Shown here in pieces: positions 38,836-51,208 of a stretch of DNA of 64,000 nt; within the stretch, counting starts at the first letter, position 1; each line of letters begins with the position of its first letter. Position numbers and translations under genes: made by a program. This DNA is from Bilabrum cf. latius (taxonomy: Eukaryota), in assembly GCA_965178125.1 (NCBI GenBank), contig OZ237757.1, positions 372,001-436,000 of the forward strand, read 5' to 3'. The notes beneath the pieces were generated by a model. That model ran no database searches. It had not been told where the DNA came from and saw nothing but the letters and a program-made list of their open reading frames with translations.

Positions 38836-41246
38836 CCGTCTGAAGGTTCATAGCTGAACTTTCGGTGGTGGCAGGCGGCATAGCTGAACTCTGACTTCAT
38901 CACCGAATACCTCCATGAATTTCGAATTAATTGGAAGTCCAACTTTGCTACAACAATAAACAGTATTTTAAAAATTCTTTGCCTGTGTAGGCACGAGAGA
39001 TCCTAAGTTGAGGCGAGTTGTGGCGGCAGCCGAGGCCCATGTCGAAGGTGTACGTCTGTTCGAAGTGACGCAGAAATGGTGCGAGGATCTCATCCTGCAG
39101 CCTCATTGGGCATCCATGCATATAGAGATTCGCAATTTTTGGAAAGGGCAGCCGAAACTGTCTGTCGAGACGGTATGTGCCTCACTATGGTTCACGGCCC
39201 TCACAACGGCCGGGCTGGGCATGGTCACCACTGTGTAACCAATGACCGGCCGGGTAAACATTGGCAAGGAAAGTATAGATCTAGGATTCAGTTTTAATCT
39301 GACTATACTGCAACCGTACCGCTCGGTGGACGCGGTCATCTGCGGGAAGGAGCTGTCCTACGTGTACGGGAACCGGCCGGACTGGAACAGACTGCTACTT
39401 TCCTCCCGATCGTGAGAGGCGCTTAATTAACAACCATGAGTATACTTATATTCTAGGCTGGCGAGAAAGTGACAAAGAGGGAGAGAGAGCAAGCCGCAGC
39501 TGCCGAAGCAAGTGTTGCTGCAGCCGCAGCGGAGGCCACAGGTTGTAGGGACATGCCATCGCGCAACTGAGGGCTACCGGAGAGCAGGACATGTCTGAAG
39601 GGTGTTAACTGCTCCTCCTCCGACTCCGACTCCGACTCCGACTCCTCCTCCGACTCCGACTCCCCCTGCTGTTCCAGTGCTGCTGGTCAGCAGGATGTGG
39701 CTGCAGCTTGGCTGGTACCAAGCCTATCGGGGACAAGTAGCAAGGAGCGGATAGACTGTTGAACTAGACGGAGTGAGAGTGTTCGAGATACTCAAGCTGG
39801 TGCTCCGTGCGACCGGGAGGCCAAGCAGAACGTCGCGACCACGTCCAGGCGGCTCAAGAACAAGCAGGAGAAAGGTGAGGCGGAGGCGATTGGCAAGGTT
39901 CGGAAGGCGCTCAAAAGCGCCCGAGAGGCGCTGCGTGTAAGGCGGCAGCTAGAGGTGGTCGAGATCCAGACGCACCGACTCAACTCTGGGACCCAGAACC
40001 CAACCTCCGCGTAGCTTCGTCAGCTTATTTAATACAATCATGGGCAAAGAGGCGATATGGGGTAGATATAAAGGCTACCCATCACTTTATCAAGCAGTTG
40101 TTCATCCAACGTCAGCGGGAAGCATGCCAGCAGGACTACCCCACGGCCCGGATCGACAGCCAAGGCACCGGGAGGTAGGGCAGGCCTCAGGGTGAAATTG
40201 GGCGATCTGGGTGCTAGTCTGAATTCTGGTCACTTCCTGAGTGAGGCAGTAGCATTATAAAGTGTATCCAGGCGGACTCAAGCTATTATGTTCTTCAGAG
40301 GAGCAGATGAGCTACGTGGGATGATGTTCAGACGATGCAGGCTGGTGCCATCGCTACTGCATTGACGGCGGCAGAGGGTGCGCGGCACTTCATGAACCGC
40401 GCTAGCTCTCCCCCAAAAATGGAAGATAAGGGGGGTTTTGAGTTATACGCGGCAAAGAGTACTGTATTGAGCGAGCGGAAAGCGATCCAGGAGAGGGCTA
40501 ACAGAAGCAGGCGAATTCGGCATCGAAAGAGGGCAAAAAGGCATTTAATGACTGGTAGATGAAGGAGCTGCGCAAACAGATTGAGTGTGAGAGGAAAGGA
40601 AAGCGTGCAGCATTGAACCGCGTGAAAAGGTCGAGGCAGAGCTGTTGGGGCAGCGCGCAATGGTCCAGGCACTGAAGAGCCGTGCGTGATAAAATGAGCT
40701 GGACACCGACTAGGTCGATCGAGCTGAAAGCGGGGGAACGTAATACAAGCCAATAGAAGGAAATTATTGTGGTTGTGTTGCATGGGGCAAGAAAGCGGAT
40801 AGTAAGGTCGTGGATCGACCCGGAAAGCGGCGGCGCATTCTGACTGACCGGGCAAGGAATGTGGATGGGCTCCGACCACCGTATAAGTATCAACAATTGC
40901 TGACATGAATAATTAACCCTATATCTAATAAATTTGTGAAAATTGGAGGCTTAATCCCATAAACAGACAAGAAAGGGGGCGAACAATGGGAGTTCAGCTA
41001 TGCCGCCTGCCACCAGAGGTTCGCTCCAGATTCGGCGGTCGAGGCCAAAACAGTTCTCTTTGGGCCCAGATATCTCGTCTTCTAGATGTTTCTGGCAAAA
41101 TTAGACCACAAAATCATGATAAAAAACCTAATATTTATTGATATAGGTCATCATATACTCAAAAATGCTTACTGGTACTTTGTACAAGGCCCCGCGAGGA
41201 GGGCCCAATCGGCGATTTCGGAGTTCAGCTAAGAACCTTCCGACGG
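38836..41246. mobile_element. Decayed or non-autonomous DNA transposon, 2411 bp, with 25-bp TIRs, an inner 26-bp inverted repeat and putative 2-bp TSD TT
   Basis: ccgtctgaaggttcatagctgaact (38836-38860) matches the reverse complement of 41222-41246 at 23/25. 38866-38891 and 40990-41015 form a perfect inverted repeat. Only broken reading frames lie inside. Confidence 0.8.
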
Positions 41247-41392
41247 TTAATGGTTTTCTTCTTCTTCTTCAAGTTGAATTTATGTGTTCTTGCGGTTACA
41301 ACCGTAGCGTAGGGCAGCGGAGCTGGTATAAATAAACCCCAAGACATCCTCCCACACCGTTTCACGTGCCTGTGGCGATACGCCGAGCTGGC

Positions 41393-44140
41393 TCACTGCC
41401 GGACCGTCCCGTCAGCGCCTGGTGCAGCGCCCAGCGTGGCCACCAGCCGAGACTCTGCCAGCCTCCCGTACTCCGCCATCCACGCAGCATGCCACCGCGT
41501 GGGACCCACAGTCACAATCGTCGAGTCACCACTGCCGCCCACTGTCACCCTCTGGAAGCCCAGCAAAGAAGCCTTGGGGGTCGGCAGGTCTGCACTCTCC
41601 CGGGTGCTCACGCCGCACTTGCCGGCGTCAGGCACCGCGTACAGCGTGACCACAGCATCGGCCGCCCTGGTCCCGTCATTCGATACTCGCAGATTGGCAG
41701 CAAGCCCACCAGCAGCTGCCTCCCGCGTCTTCGACACCGGCCACTCCTGGAACGACTGACGCACCGGCCACACGGTCGTGGCAGAGCCGTTGCCGCTGCC
41801 TGCCCCGTCCCACAGCGATGACGCATCTGACAGTGCAGTGGCCAGTCCATCCGCTGCCATTTGATTGGCGCATCCTAGATCCACCACTGATCCAGCAGCA
41901 GCATCATTCATGGGTTTCTTGCCCGAAGCCTCGGAGGCAGCAGCCAGAGACAGCTCTCCGTACGTGCGCCCAGCCCCGAAGGTCACCTCCAGTGGCACGC
42001 CACCAGCGCGCGACTCATCATAGAAGCGGTACGTTCGACCAGGCGCGGCGTCGTACGCAAAATCAGACATGTTGGAAACCTGGATGAACTGTACAGGGTA
42101 AAGCTCGAAAGGCATCCGACCGAATAGGTTAGGCACAGAACGGGGCTCCCCACTCTGGCGGTCCAGCCCACCAGCAGCCATCGAGTCAACGTCGAAGATC
42201 GCCTCTGCGACTGCAATACCCCCCACCATGCCTGGGTACACTGCATACAGCAGGGCGTGCTGGTTGGGACCCGCCTGCCCCTCAGGTGGGACAGGGGTGA
42301 GGCCTGCGTTGCCCAGCGAAAGCGCCTCACCGGTCAGCACCACAGCAACTGTCGGACGGCCAAACTGCAGCACGGCCTGCGACAGCTCCGGCTGCATACC
42401 AAGAAGTGTGATGTTGGACTTGTCATGTCCTTCCCTGGCTGCCGAATTGACTGTAGTGCCGAGGGCCAGCACCACCACATCTGCCGAGGCGGCGGCGGAC
42501 TTGGCCTGGGCCAGGATGGACTGGGAAATGGACCTGCACTCCATACCTCCGCATGGGTCAAACTGCTGCACGGTAGGTGCGGCAGAGCTGGCCAGCTTCG
42601 CCACCTTCTGCAGTGAATCAGTCAGCGACGGCAAGCAGCCATACGTGTTGTTCACGCAGACCCACCCGCAGTAGTCGCCCACCATGCCCTCCTGCTCCTA
42701 TGCCCACGGGCCGATCACCACGATGCTGGGAGCCTTCGTGCCATCCAGCGGCAGCAGCGGGGCAGATCCGTCTGCGTTAGTCCCGCGGTCCAGGAGCACC
42801 ACCCCTTGCCTCGCCGCCCGCAGGTTCTCTGCAGCGTGTTCGGGGGAGCCCATGGCCTCGGGAGGAATCTGCACGAAGGGCTGCTCCTGCCAGTGGTCTC
42901 CGTCCATGCCGCCAGCGAGCATCAGACTCTGCATCACGCGGCCAGCGGACCTGCGGATGGTCTCGTTGCTCACTTTGCCGTCTGCGTGTGCCTTGGCAAG
43001 TGGGCTGTCGCCGCCGCCATACACACTCCCGCAGTTGAGGTCCACACTTCCGTTATTCACGGCCACCGCTGCGGCATCCTCTTTGGTAGCGACCAGTTTG
43101 TGTGCGATGGCAATGTTCTCCAGACAGCTGCAGTCGCTCTCAATGTAGCCAGCCACCGCCCCGGAGCCCGCCTCCAGCACTTCCGTGGAGCCGTTGCCGA
43201 AGCCCCATGACCTCATCACCAGCTGGCTGAAGTGAGCAGAGCCGCAGAAAGCCTCGATCTCATTCCCGCCCGAGCCCCCTTTGTCGCCCAGAAGTAGCGT
43301 GCGGTTGTAGGCAGGGTAAGCCGCCATGGCCCCGACAGGACGGGCGGCTCGGATGGCGTACTCAAACTGAGGCAGGAACAGCTGGTCCATGTCCTGAGGA
43401 CGCACGCTGTCCATGAAGGCAAATCGGTTCGTCTCGATGTTGTAAGCGAACGCGTGCTTCAGCTCGCTCCACACTCTCACGTACTTGTCGGGCCGGATGG
43501 CGCCGTCTGGCCCGACTGAATCCACAGCTGGGTCGTCCACTCCCTGCATGCCGCGAACCACCGCAGCTCCGTACAAGCCGGTCAGCACAGGATCTGATGA
43601 TGGACTGTTGTGGTTCCTGCCCCACCGAGGGTCGCGGTTGTTGATGTTGAGCACGGGTCCTCGGGCAAGCAGGCCCATTGGTCCGTAGTTGTGATCGCGC
43701 ACGCCGTCGCGGTTCACGATGGACCGCTGCTCAACAGACGATATCTCGCCCATGGCATACCAAAGTGACTCATTGAATGATGCAGCCATTGCCGGGGGGG
43801 ACGGGAAGGTGGTGGCGCATCGGAGTTCGCCGGAAATGTTGAGACAGACCGATCCGATTCCGTGCGGCGCTTCTGGTCCACTGTAGAACTAAGTGCCAAG
43901 CGATGCATTCGGGTAGGCACTTTGCTTTCTATCATTCATGCGATCCATCCATATTTCGATCGGTACGGCATCTATGACGGCGCGCACTCGCTCTTGCAGT
44001 GGGATCGTTGCGTCGCACCATGTGAACTTTTTCGAGTCCCCAGGGTTTGTGCACCCGTAACTGTTCGGAATGGTCATACCATGAGAAAATGCAACCAGAT
44101 TCATTGCAATCAGCGATAAGAGCGCAACCGCTGCCCTCAT
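41393..44140 (-). CDS. Secreted GH3 glycosidase, copy 2; 2 in-frame TAG
   Basis: Near-identical paralog of 33655-36402. It has CAG at 42365-42367 where copy 1 has TAG at 35428-35430. Confidence 0.9.
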
Positions 44141-44531
44141 AATGGACTGTATGACGCGAGTATTCTGGCGTGCAACCCAAACGACCCTGTGTGTAGGCTT
44201 CTGGTATTCGGAGTAGCACGCAACAATATCAATTGATGGAGGGCTGCAGCGAAGGCCAAACGGGCGCTCGCAAGGGCGATCCGAGAGGACTTTGCCAGCC
44301 TGGCTGTAGGGGCAGCCGAAAACAACACCTCGCCGTGGCGATCGCCAACGTCAAGGCAGGGTTGGCTCAGAACGGGCAGCAGGACGGGGTGCCGGCAGCG
44401 GGCGCCGGAGGGAACGTGAATGCTGACGCTCCCCATGGGGAAATGGGTCCCCAGGGTGGAGCTTAGGTGGTTTAGGCCATTGCAGCTGAAGCGTGAAGTC
44501 TGGTAGGTCCCGGGCCCTCGTTCCAGAAATA

Positions 44532-47500
44532 CAGAAATACAGAAATACATTGTTGGGTAAAGATTCCACAAGCACCCAGATGCACCGTTGCCCCCGAAGG
44601 AGTTCGAGTGATCACCTGAATCCAGAGGAGTCCTCAAACAAGGACTACAAGACCCCCGACCCTTTCAGGCCAAAGGCCCCCCAATCTCAGCCTACACCGC
44701 CGAGTCCCCTTTATTCGCCATCAATGTGGTCCCCCACAAGCCCTCAGCCTGATGCCTTCACAGGGAGAAAGCATACAGGTGCGGAGCATGTGCCCGGCAC
44801 AAAGCGCGGTCCAGCCCCACATCAGGGTCCCCTGCCGGGACCCACCATTTCCTCCTCCATGACCGTCTCTGCGTCTCACGGTCCTTCAGAGAGGCTAGCA
44901 TGCACGCGCTCATGCCTTTGGCCCATTGCCTCTCTATGTCCCTTAGCAAGCCGTGGGGCTTAAACATCCGTCGCTGTAGCCGAGCGTTCGCATTGGTTGC
45001 CGCTATCAGAAATACAGAAATACAGAAATACATTGTTGGGTAAAGATTCCACAAGCACCCAGATGCACCGTTGCCCCCGAAGGAGTTCGAGTGATCACCT
45101 GAATCCAGAGGAGTCCTCAAACAAGGACTACAAGACCCCCGACCCTTTCAGGCCAAAGGCCCCCCAATCTCAGCCTACACCGCCGAGTCCCCTTTATTCG
45201 CCATCAATGTGGTCCCCCACAAGCCCTCAGCCTGATGCCTTCACAGGGAGAAAGCATACAGGTGCGGAGCATGTGCCCGGCACAAAGCGCGGTCCAGTCC
45301 CACATCAGGGTCCCCTGCCGGGACCCACCATTTCCTCCTCCATGACCGTCTCTGCGTCTCACGATCCTTCAGAGAGGCTAGCATGCACGCGCTCATGCCT
45401 TTGGCCCATTGCCTCTCTATGTCCCTTAGCAAGCCGTGGGGCTTAAACATCCGTCGCTGTAGCCGAGCGTTCGCATTGGTTGCCGCTATCAGCTCTTGCG
45501 TGGCCGTGGCGGCAAAAGCAGCCGCCGCATCGCCTCGCATCCACTGCCTGCACGTCAGCTACTCCTGCTAGCGCAGCTGGTTCCTGATCACCTGCACCAC
45601 TCGGTTGGCCAGCTCCTTGACAGCTGTCCGTTCCGATGACCGCGCAATCGTACGCTCTATCCGAGTGAGTGCGTCTTCGACGATTGGCTTGGCCCTGCTG
45701 GTGCGCTCCAGCTTCTCGTCCCAAGGGTCCTGAGCGAGAGCTGTCTTCGCCCATGCTTTCCGGAGGGAGGCAGGGGACCTCCCTCTATTCTGATCCGCAT
45801 CATCGGGTTGCCACGGTCTCGTTCCGGCATGATGGTCATGCTCGGCCCGCTCCATCTGCTCTACCGCGGTGCCCATCACTTGAAGGTTGGGCGTGCCCTG
45901 TTGCGGGTATTGTCCAGCTCGGATGCGCAGAATTCGTCTTCCTTGGTGGCCGTATTCCTGCACCACCGCTGCTGTTGGCATGGCTCCTGGTCCGAAGGCA
46001 TACCGTCCCTTCGTTGCGTACCGGTTAAGCATGACCACTCCGAGCGCAGCTCTCTCCCGGTCCCAATCCGACAGTGCCGGATCGTGCGAGCATCCCAGGC
46101 TCAGGCTTGTGAACGATCGGTCAGCAGCTCCGGATTTGGATTTCCTCCACTTTGTGACTTTTTTTGCAGTCTCCTGGCATCCCAGCCAGTCCTTCGCGTC
46201 ATCGATCCGGTGGGTCCACCCTGCCATCTTGATCCTGAATCCCAGTGCCAGCGCGGCCCCGAGTGGGCCTGTCTGTACTGGTGGTCCCTGCAGGAATCGG
46301 CCCTGGTGGATGAACCTGGCCGCAACATCAAGGCCCTTCTTCGAGGGACACTCGATCAGGTCCAGCAGGCCCATAGCAACACGCCCTGCTGCCGATGCCG
46401 TCAGCAGCTCAGTGTCCATCGCAAGGTTTGGCACGTATCGACCGCCCATGGTGAAGGGCCTTACCTGTGTCGATCCGCTGACAATCATCCAGCGCGTATC
46501 CAGCAGGAATTTGTCCAGCATCTTGAGGACTTCCAGGTTCAGTTCCATCCAGTAGAAAACTTGGGAACCATATCCTAATCCTGACAAGGTGTCCCATCCT
46601 GTTGCACATGCCGCTGCCTCTGCTCCGTAGAATGCACTCGTGATTGCTCCTGCATGGAGCAGCTGGGCGTGCAGGGAGACCGCCCAGTTGCCGTTCACCG
46701 CCGCTCGTGTGATGTCCCTGGCCGCCCGGTACGCCATCGCAATCCTCCTGCGTACGTGGGGTGCCATATCAATTACCCAGATGTCTCTCGCCTGCGTCAG
46801 CCCAGCTACTTCATCTGGGCTGATCCGTACTGGTTGGGTCGAAATGAGTAGACCGAGGTACAGGTAGGATGAGGCAAGTGGGATGGTCCACTCCCCATCC
46901 GTCTCTCCCGCGTCCGCTGCTCTGCATGCGACGCCCTCTGGCATGTCCCCAGGAATTGAGTCCCGAGCGTAGCCAAAGGCCATGATCGCTGTCTTGGTTC
47001 CCTGGCCCGATGCTGTCAGGGGCTTGATTCCCAGCTACATGCCCGCAAGTGCAAACAGGCTCTTGACTAGCTTCATGACCGCCACTGCTTCGTTCCAGTT
47101 CGACGTCAGTGCCACGTAGTCGTCTGCGTACCCGGCTTGTCCACATTCAACGTATCGTCCGGTGTCGGTCACGATCCTTTGATGGTGCCCGTGCTGGAGC
47201 CTCTCTTTCCGCAGCGTTTCCAGGAGAACCCCCATCAGTACCAGGAAGATGGTGGGAGACAGAATCTCGCCCTAGGGGGTGCCCGCCGTCTTCTGCACTC
47301 TGGTAGAGACCCTCCTGGTGAGTGGGTCTCGAACGCGGATGGCCACCTGCATGCGGGCCATGAGAAAGCGGACCGTCTGGCGTCCCCATCCTTGCTCCGT
47401 CATGATGGCCTCGATGATGTTCCACTTGCAACTGTCAAATGCTCCTTTGATGTCAAAGAATACCAGAAAACCTCCAGCACCCCTTCGTTGGGTAATCCAT

Positions 47501-50500
47501 TCCATCACCGCTGAGTAGGCCTGCTGGCAGTTCTTGCCGATGCGAAATCCGGCCTAATCCTGGCCGAAGAGTCCGTGGTTTTCGCAGTACCACATGACCT
47601 TCTGGTTTGCGATGGTGCTTACGACCTTCGAGAGAGCCGAGGTCCAGCATATTGGCCTGAATTCGTCGACTACTGTGACTCCTGTGCCCTGCTTGCGCTT
47701 GGAGACCGGCCGCATGAACCCCTCCTGAAAGGCCTCAGGCTGAATCCCCGAGAAGAGTGTGAGATTATAAATGGCCCTGAGGAGGTCCAACAGAGCGTCA
47801 CTTCGCCGCAGACACCCGTCCTCCTCAGAGCATGGCTAGCATTTGGTCAGCAATTCCGCCCTGATCCCATCAGGTCCCACAGCTTTGTTGTGCTTGAGCT
47901 TGTCCAGTGCTTGATCCACCTCTGCGTTCGACCTGCAGAATAGGTTGAGCGGTGTCGCTGCCCTGGGCATGTGCGGCGCAATCCTGGCCATAAATCCGCC
48001 CACATCCGCACTTCCATTCCCACCTGCGTGAGAGAGCTGCTGTGCGTGTGCCTCTAGGATATCCTCGACGGCCGTAAGCACCTCTCCGCCTAGGTTCGTG
48101 ATTGGTTCCAGTCCTGGTGCAGCTCGTTGCCTTCTAGAGATTGCATCAGCGATCTATCGGTGGGCTTCCCTCGGACTTGCTGTTCCCAGCATGTTCCGCA
48201 GTGCGTGGCCCGTCCTGCGTGCCCCTCGCTCGGTGGTCTCGAAGACAGCCCGTCGATCATGGTCCAGGTTGGCAAGGAGCATCGTCCAGTACTCCTGTCC
48301 CTCATGGGCCTACTGGTTCACCTCTGTGCTCCCCCAGAGTGTTGCCTGCATCCGTCCATCTAGCCCCCGCTGTCGCCCTTCGAGGCGCAGGCTGGCTCGG
48401 CGATGTGCAGCCAAGCATGTTCTGGCCTCTGAAAGAGCTTGTTCCGTGGTTGGTCCCGCGATAAGGGCCTTGAGGCTGGCATGGGCTTTTCCCCACGTTT
48501 CAGCCCATCTCGTCCGTGCCGCCCAGGTCCTGCGGTGGCGCTTGCGTGACGCTTCCACGTGCCCGGCCTGGCCGGTGTTTGCCATTTGTCGGCCTGTAAC
48601 AGTCTCGGCTGCTGCCGTGAAACATCCTTGCAGAAGCAGTTTGACGGAGGACACGGCCTGCGTAACCGCTTGCCCTGCAGCCTCTCGGTCAGCCGAGGTT
48701 CCCGTCGAGCTTTTGAGGTCGCGAATTGCGTCGAGCACACAATGAGTGATGTCGCGGACTGCACTTGTAGCCTACCCGAATTCCTTGACGTAATAGTCCC
48801 AAACCAGGCGTTCTTGCTGCACATGCATGTCGGACACCCGTGAGTACGCTGCCCTGAAGGGGGCGTCATCGTCCTGCTCCGTTGTTGCTGGGACTGCAGT
48901 TGCTCGCGTTGCCGGGTCCTCCACTTCTGGGACTGTGACCAGCAGGTCTGCAATCACCCCCGTGTGGTCTGAATATGTGCCTGGCTCTTGAGCCACTTCA
49001 CTGGACACTAGCTGCAGCTGCGCAGAAGTGGAGATGCAGATGGCATCCAGTGTGTTGCCTCCTCTGTGCGTAGGCCCGCCCCCTGCAGGTGCTCGGTACA
49101 TGTCGATCATGCCCATGTCGTTCTCCAGATACCAGTCCATCTGACCAGCTCCCTCTTGGTCCCGGGCCTACGTCGGGTTGAAGTCACCGGTAACCACAAG
49201 TCGGTCCCTGGTGAAATTGCCTGCCGGTCCTTGACTCCGTCGCTGTCCAAGGGTCAGCTGGGGATCGACCACGAAAGCCTTGCCCAATACTGAGCCCCTT
49301 GTCTCTGCCCCGAGGGCAGCCCCTTGCGGTGGGTTGTAGCAGGCTATTACCGTCAGCATGCGTCGGTCGTGGTGCAGGACGTCACATACGAGGCAGTCCG
49401 GCGCATCCAGGTCATCATCTCCCATGTCTGCCCACCGTCTCAGTACGAGGCCTGAATCTCGTTTGACGGCGACGCATACCCCGTGTGGGGCTCCGTTTCC
49501 TGCCCTCGTCTCCATCGCGTACAGGTCCGGGACGTCAGTGACGTAGCGTCCTCTAGCATCCTGTGTCTCCGTGCCAACAAACACATCGGGCATCTTGGTC
49601 TCCGTAAGGGCAACCTCCATCGCTTCGAGGTTCCCTTTGCGTCCCAGATTTTTGGTTGCAATCCTGACGTACTTGGGCGGGGTCGTGTCCATGATCCTGA
49701 TCTGATCCCAGCCCCCGCGAGTACCTTGGACGCCTCGTGGCTGATGTGCCGTGCTTGTCCCGGGGGCGACTAACCACACAGATTCTCGGTCCCCCACTAC
49801 CGCATTGCGGTTATTGATCCAGGGGAAGCACTCCGGTATCCAGGTCCTGTCGGTCCTCTGCTCATCCGTAAGCATCACCCGGAGAGCTCCAAGCAGTTCC
49901 GCCCCGGTCACTCCGTCCTCCCATTGGTCTCCTGGGCGGACTGATAGGACCATGACCGGTTCCTCGTTCAGTTCCCCTCTCGTTGACAGCGTACGCACAA
50001 CTCTGGCATCCGCATCTCCTTCCTCCTCCCGTTGCTCAGGTCGCAGCACCAGGCAGGCGTGCCTCCGGGACCCGTGTCCACCCGGCGGATTGATTCCTGT
50101 AGGGATGAAGACCTCACAGTGGGTGCGGGAGATGGCAATATTCATCGTGCCCTGGATCGCTTGGTCATCGGTGGCGTCCGAGTTGAGTCGCTCACACCAG
50201 TTGGCAAGGCTGGTCCCCTCTTTGTCGGCTGGGTGGAGTCGCACTGAACCCCCTCGCTGCTGTGCCAGGGCCATCACTGACAGTGTGAGTCCTCGCGGGC
50301 TAAGCCCGTGGATTCCTTCCCCTTCCTCGCCAAAATAGGTGCGGAGTGTGTGCATGATGGTGGAGCTGGGGTCTAGGCCAGCTAGAACGGCGAGGGGGAG
50401 CTACGCGCATCCCTGCCAGCCTAAGTGCTCTGGCGGCCCGAAGAGGTTACCCGTGCCTACCACGAGTGGTTCAAATGCATCGTACGGAGTAGTCAGAAGC

Positions 50501-51059
50501 GCAGTTCCTCCGCCGCCGGGACTCCAGAGGCACTCGGCCACACTGTGTGGGATCGACGTCAGGGTTTCCTGGAGGGACTTGCTTCCGGACGAAAATGAAA
50601 AACCGTGTAGCCCCGAGTCCATTCTCATACTCAGCGGTAGATCGGCTAGTCGTACTGCGGAGTAGTGCCCTCCTGCCACCCTGACGCATCCTCTCGCCCC
50701 GATTGATCCCATCGTCTCAGTCGAACTGGGCAGGTGGCGATGTAGCGAGAAGTTCTCTCCTTGGATTGCGATGCTCATGATGGCCGTCCTCGTGATCTCT
50801 GCTGCGAGCGTGACGGAGAGCGAGCAAGGTAGCTCTCCCACCGAGACTCCGTCTGCAGTGTAGGTAGCCACCGCCTGTTGGATATACCAGGCTACTTGGG
50901 CCTTGAAGGGGTCGCTAGTGCGGCGCTGGGCTGCGGCCACCAGCGCCGCTGCTTCTTCTCTTGCGTGAGCCCCTGCATCGAAGTCTCTCGTGGCCATGTC
51001 CGACCTCCTCGCATACACCGACACTGACAGAGCTGCCACTACAGGAAGAAAAAACAGGA
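44532..51059 (-). mobile_element. Apparently full-length non-LTR retrotransposon (45007-51059) plus a tandem 483-bp 3' duplicate; (GTATTTCT)n tail; candidate TSD AGAAATA
   Basis: APE and RT domains. Octamer tails at about 44524-44548 and 45007-45031. AGAAATA at 44525-44531 and 51060-51066. Confidence 0.88.
45241..50997 (-). CDS. LINE single polyprotein (~1918 aa): unrecognised N-terminal region, APE endonuclease and reverse transcriptase; about 11 in-frame TAG
   Basis: APE motifs IATKNL, VGTET, ACYNPP, TGDFN, LDAI and SDH. RT motifs KAVGPDGI, FRPI, [TAG]AGFR, FFDIKGAFDS, GTP[TAG]GEILSP, YADD and YLYLG. One continuous frame ends at TGA 45241-45243. Confidence 0.9.
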
Positions 51060-51208
51060 AGAAATATCAGATGTTTCTTCGTGATAGCGTGCGCTTTTGA
51101 GTTGAGTCCACAAAATATCAGATCCCCCCATGGAGGGCTTGTGGAAGGGCATTTGCTGCTTTTTGACTTGATTTCACAAAATATCAGATACCCCGCATTT
51201 ACATCCAA

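Larger units (their letters stand above)
44246..51129 (+). mobile_element. Outer short retro-like insertion (44246-44524 plus 51067-51129, ending in CCCCCC) flanked by 10-bp TSD ATGGAGGGCT, with the LINE nested inside
   Basis: TSD at 44236-44245 and 51130-51139. The empty site has a single copy at 33550-33559. The first part reads as an ORF end (AAKAKRALARAIREDF...TGA) followed by UTR-like sequence. Confidence 0.65.

Noticed and set aside
51060-51129. G-rich motif as the LINE's own 5' end or an HDV-like ribozyme
   Set aside because: No convincing P1 pairing was seen. A candidate TSD at 51060-51066 assigns this stretch to the outer element instead, though this remains tentative.
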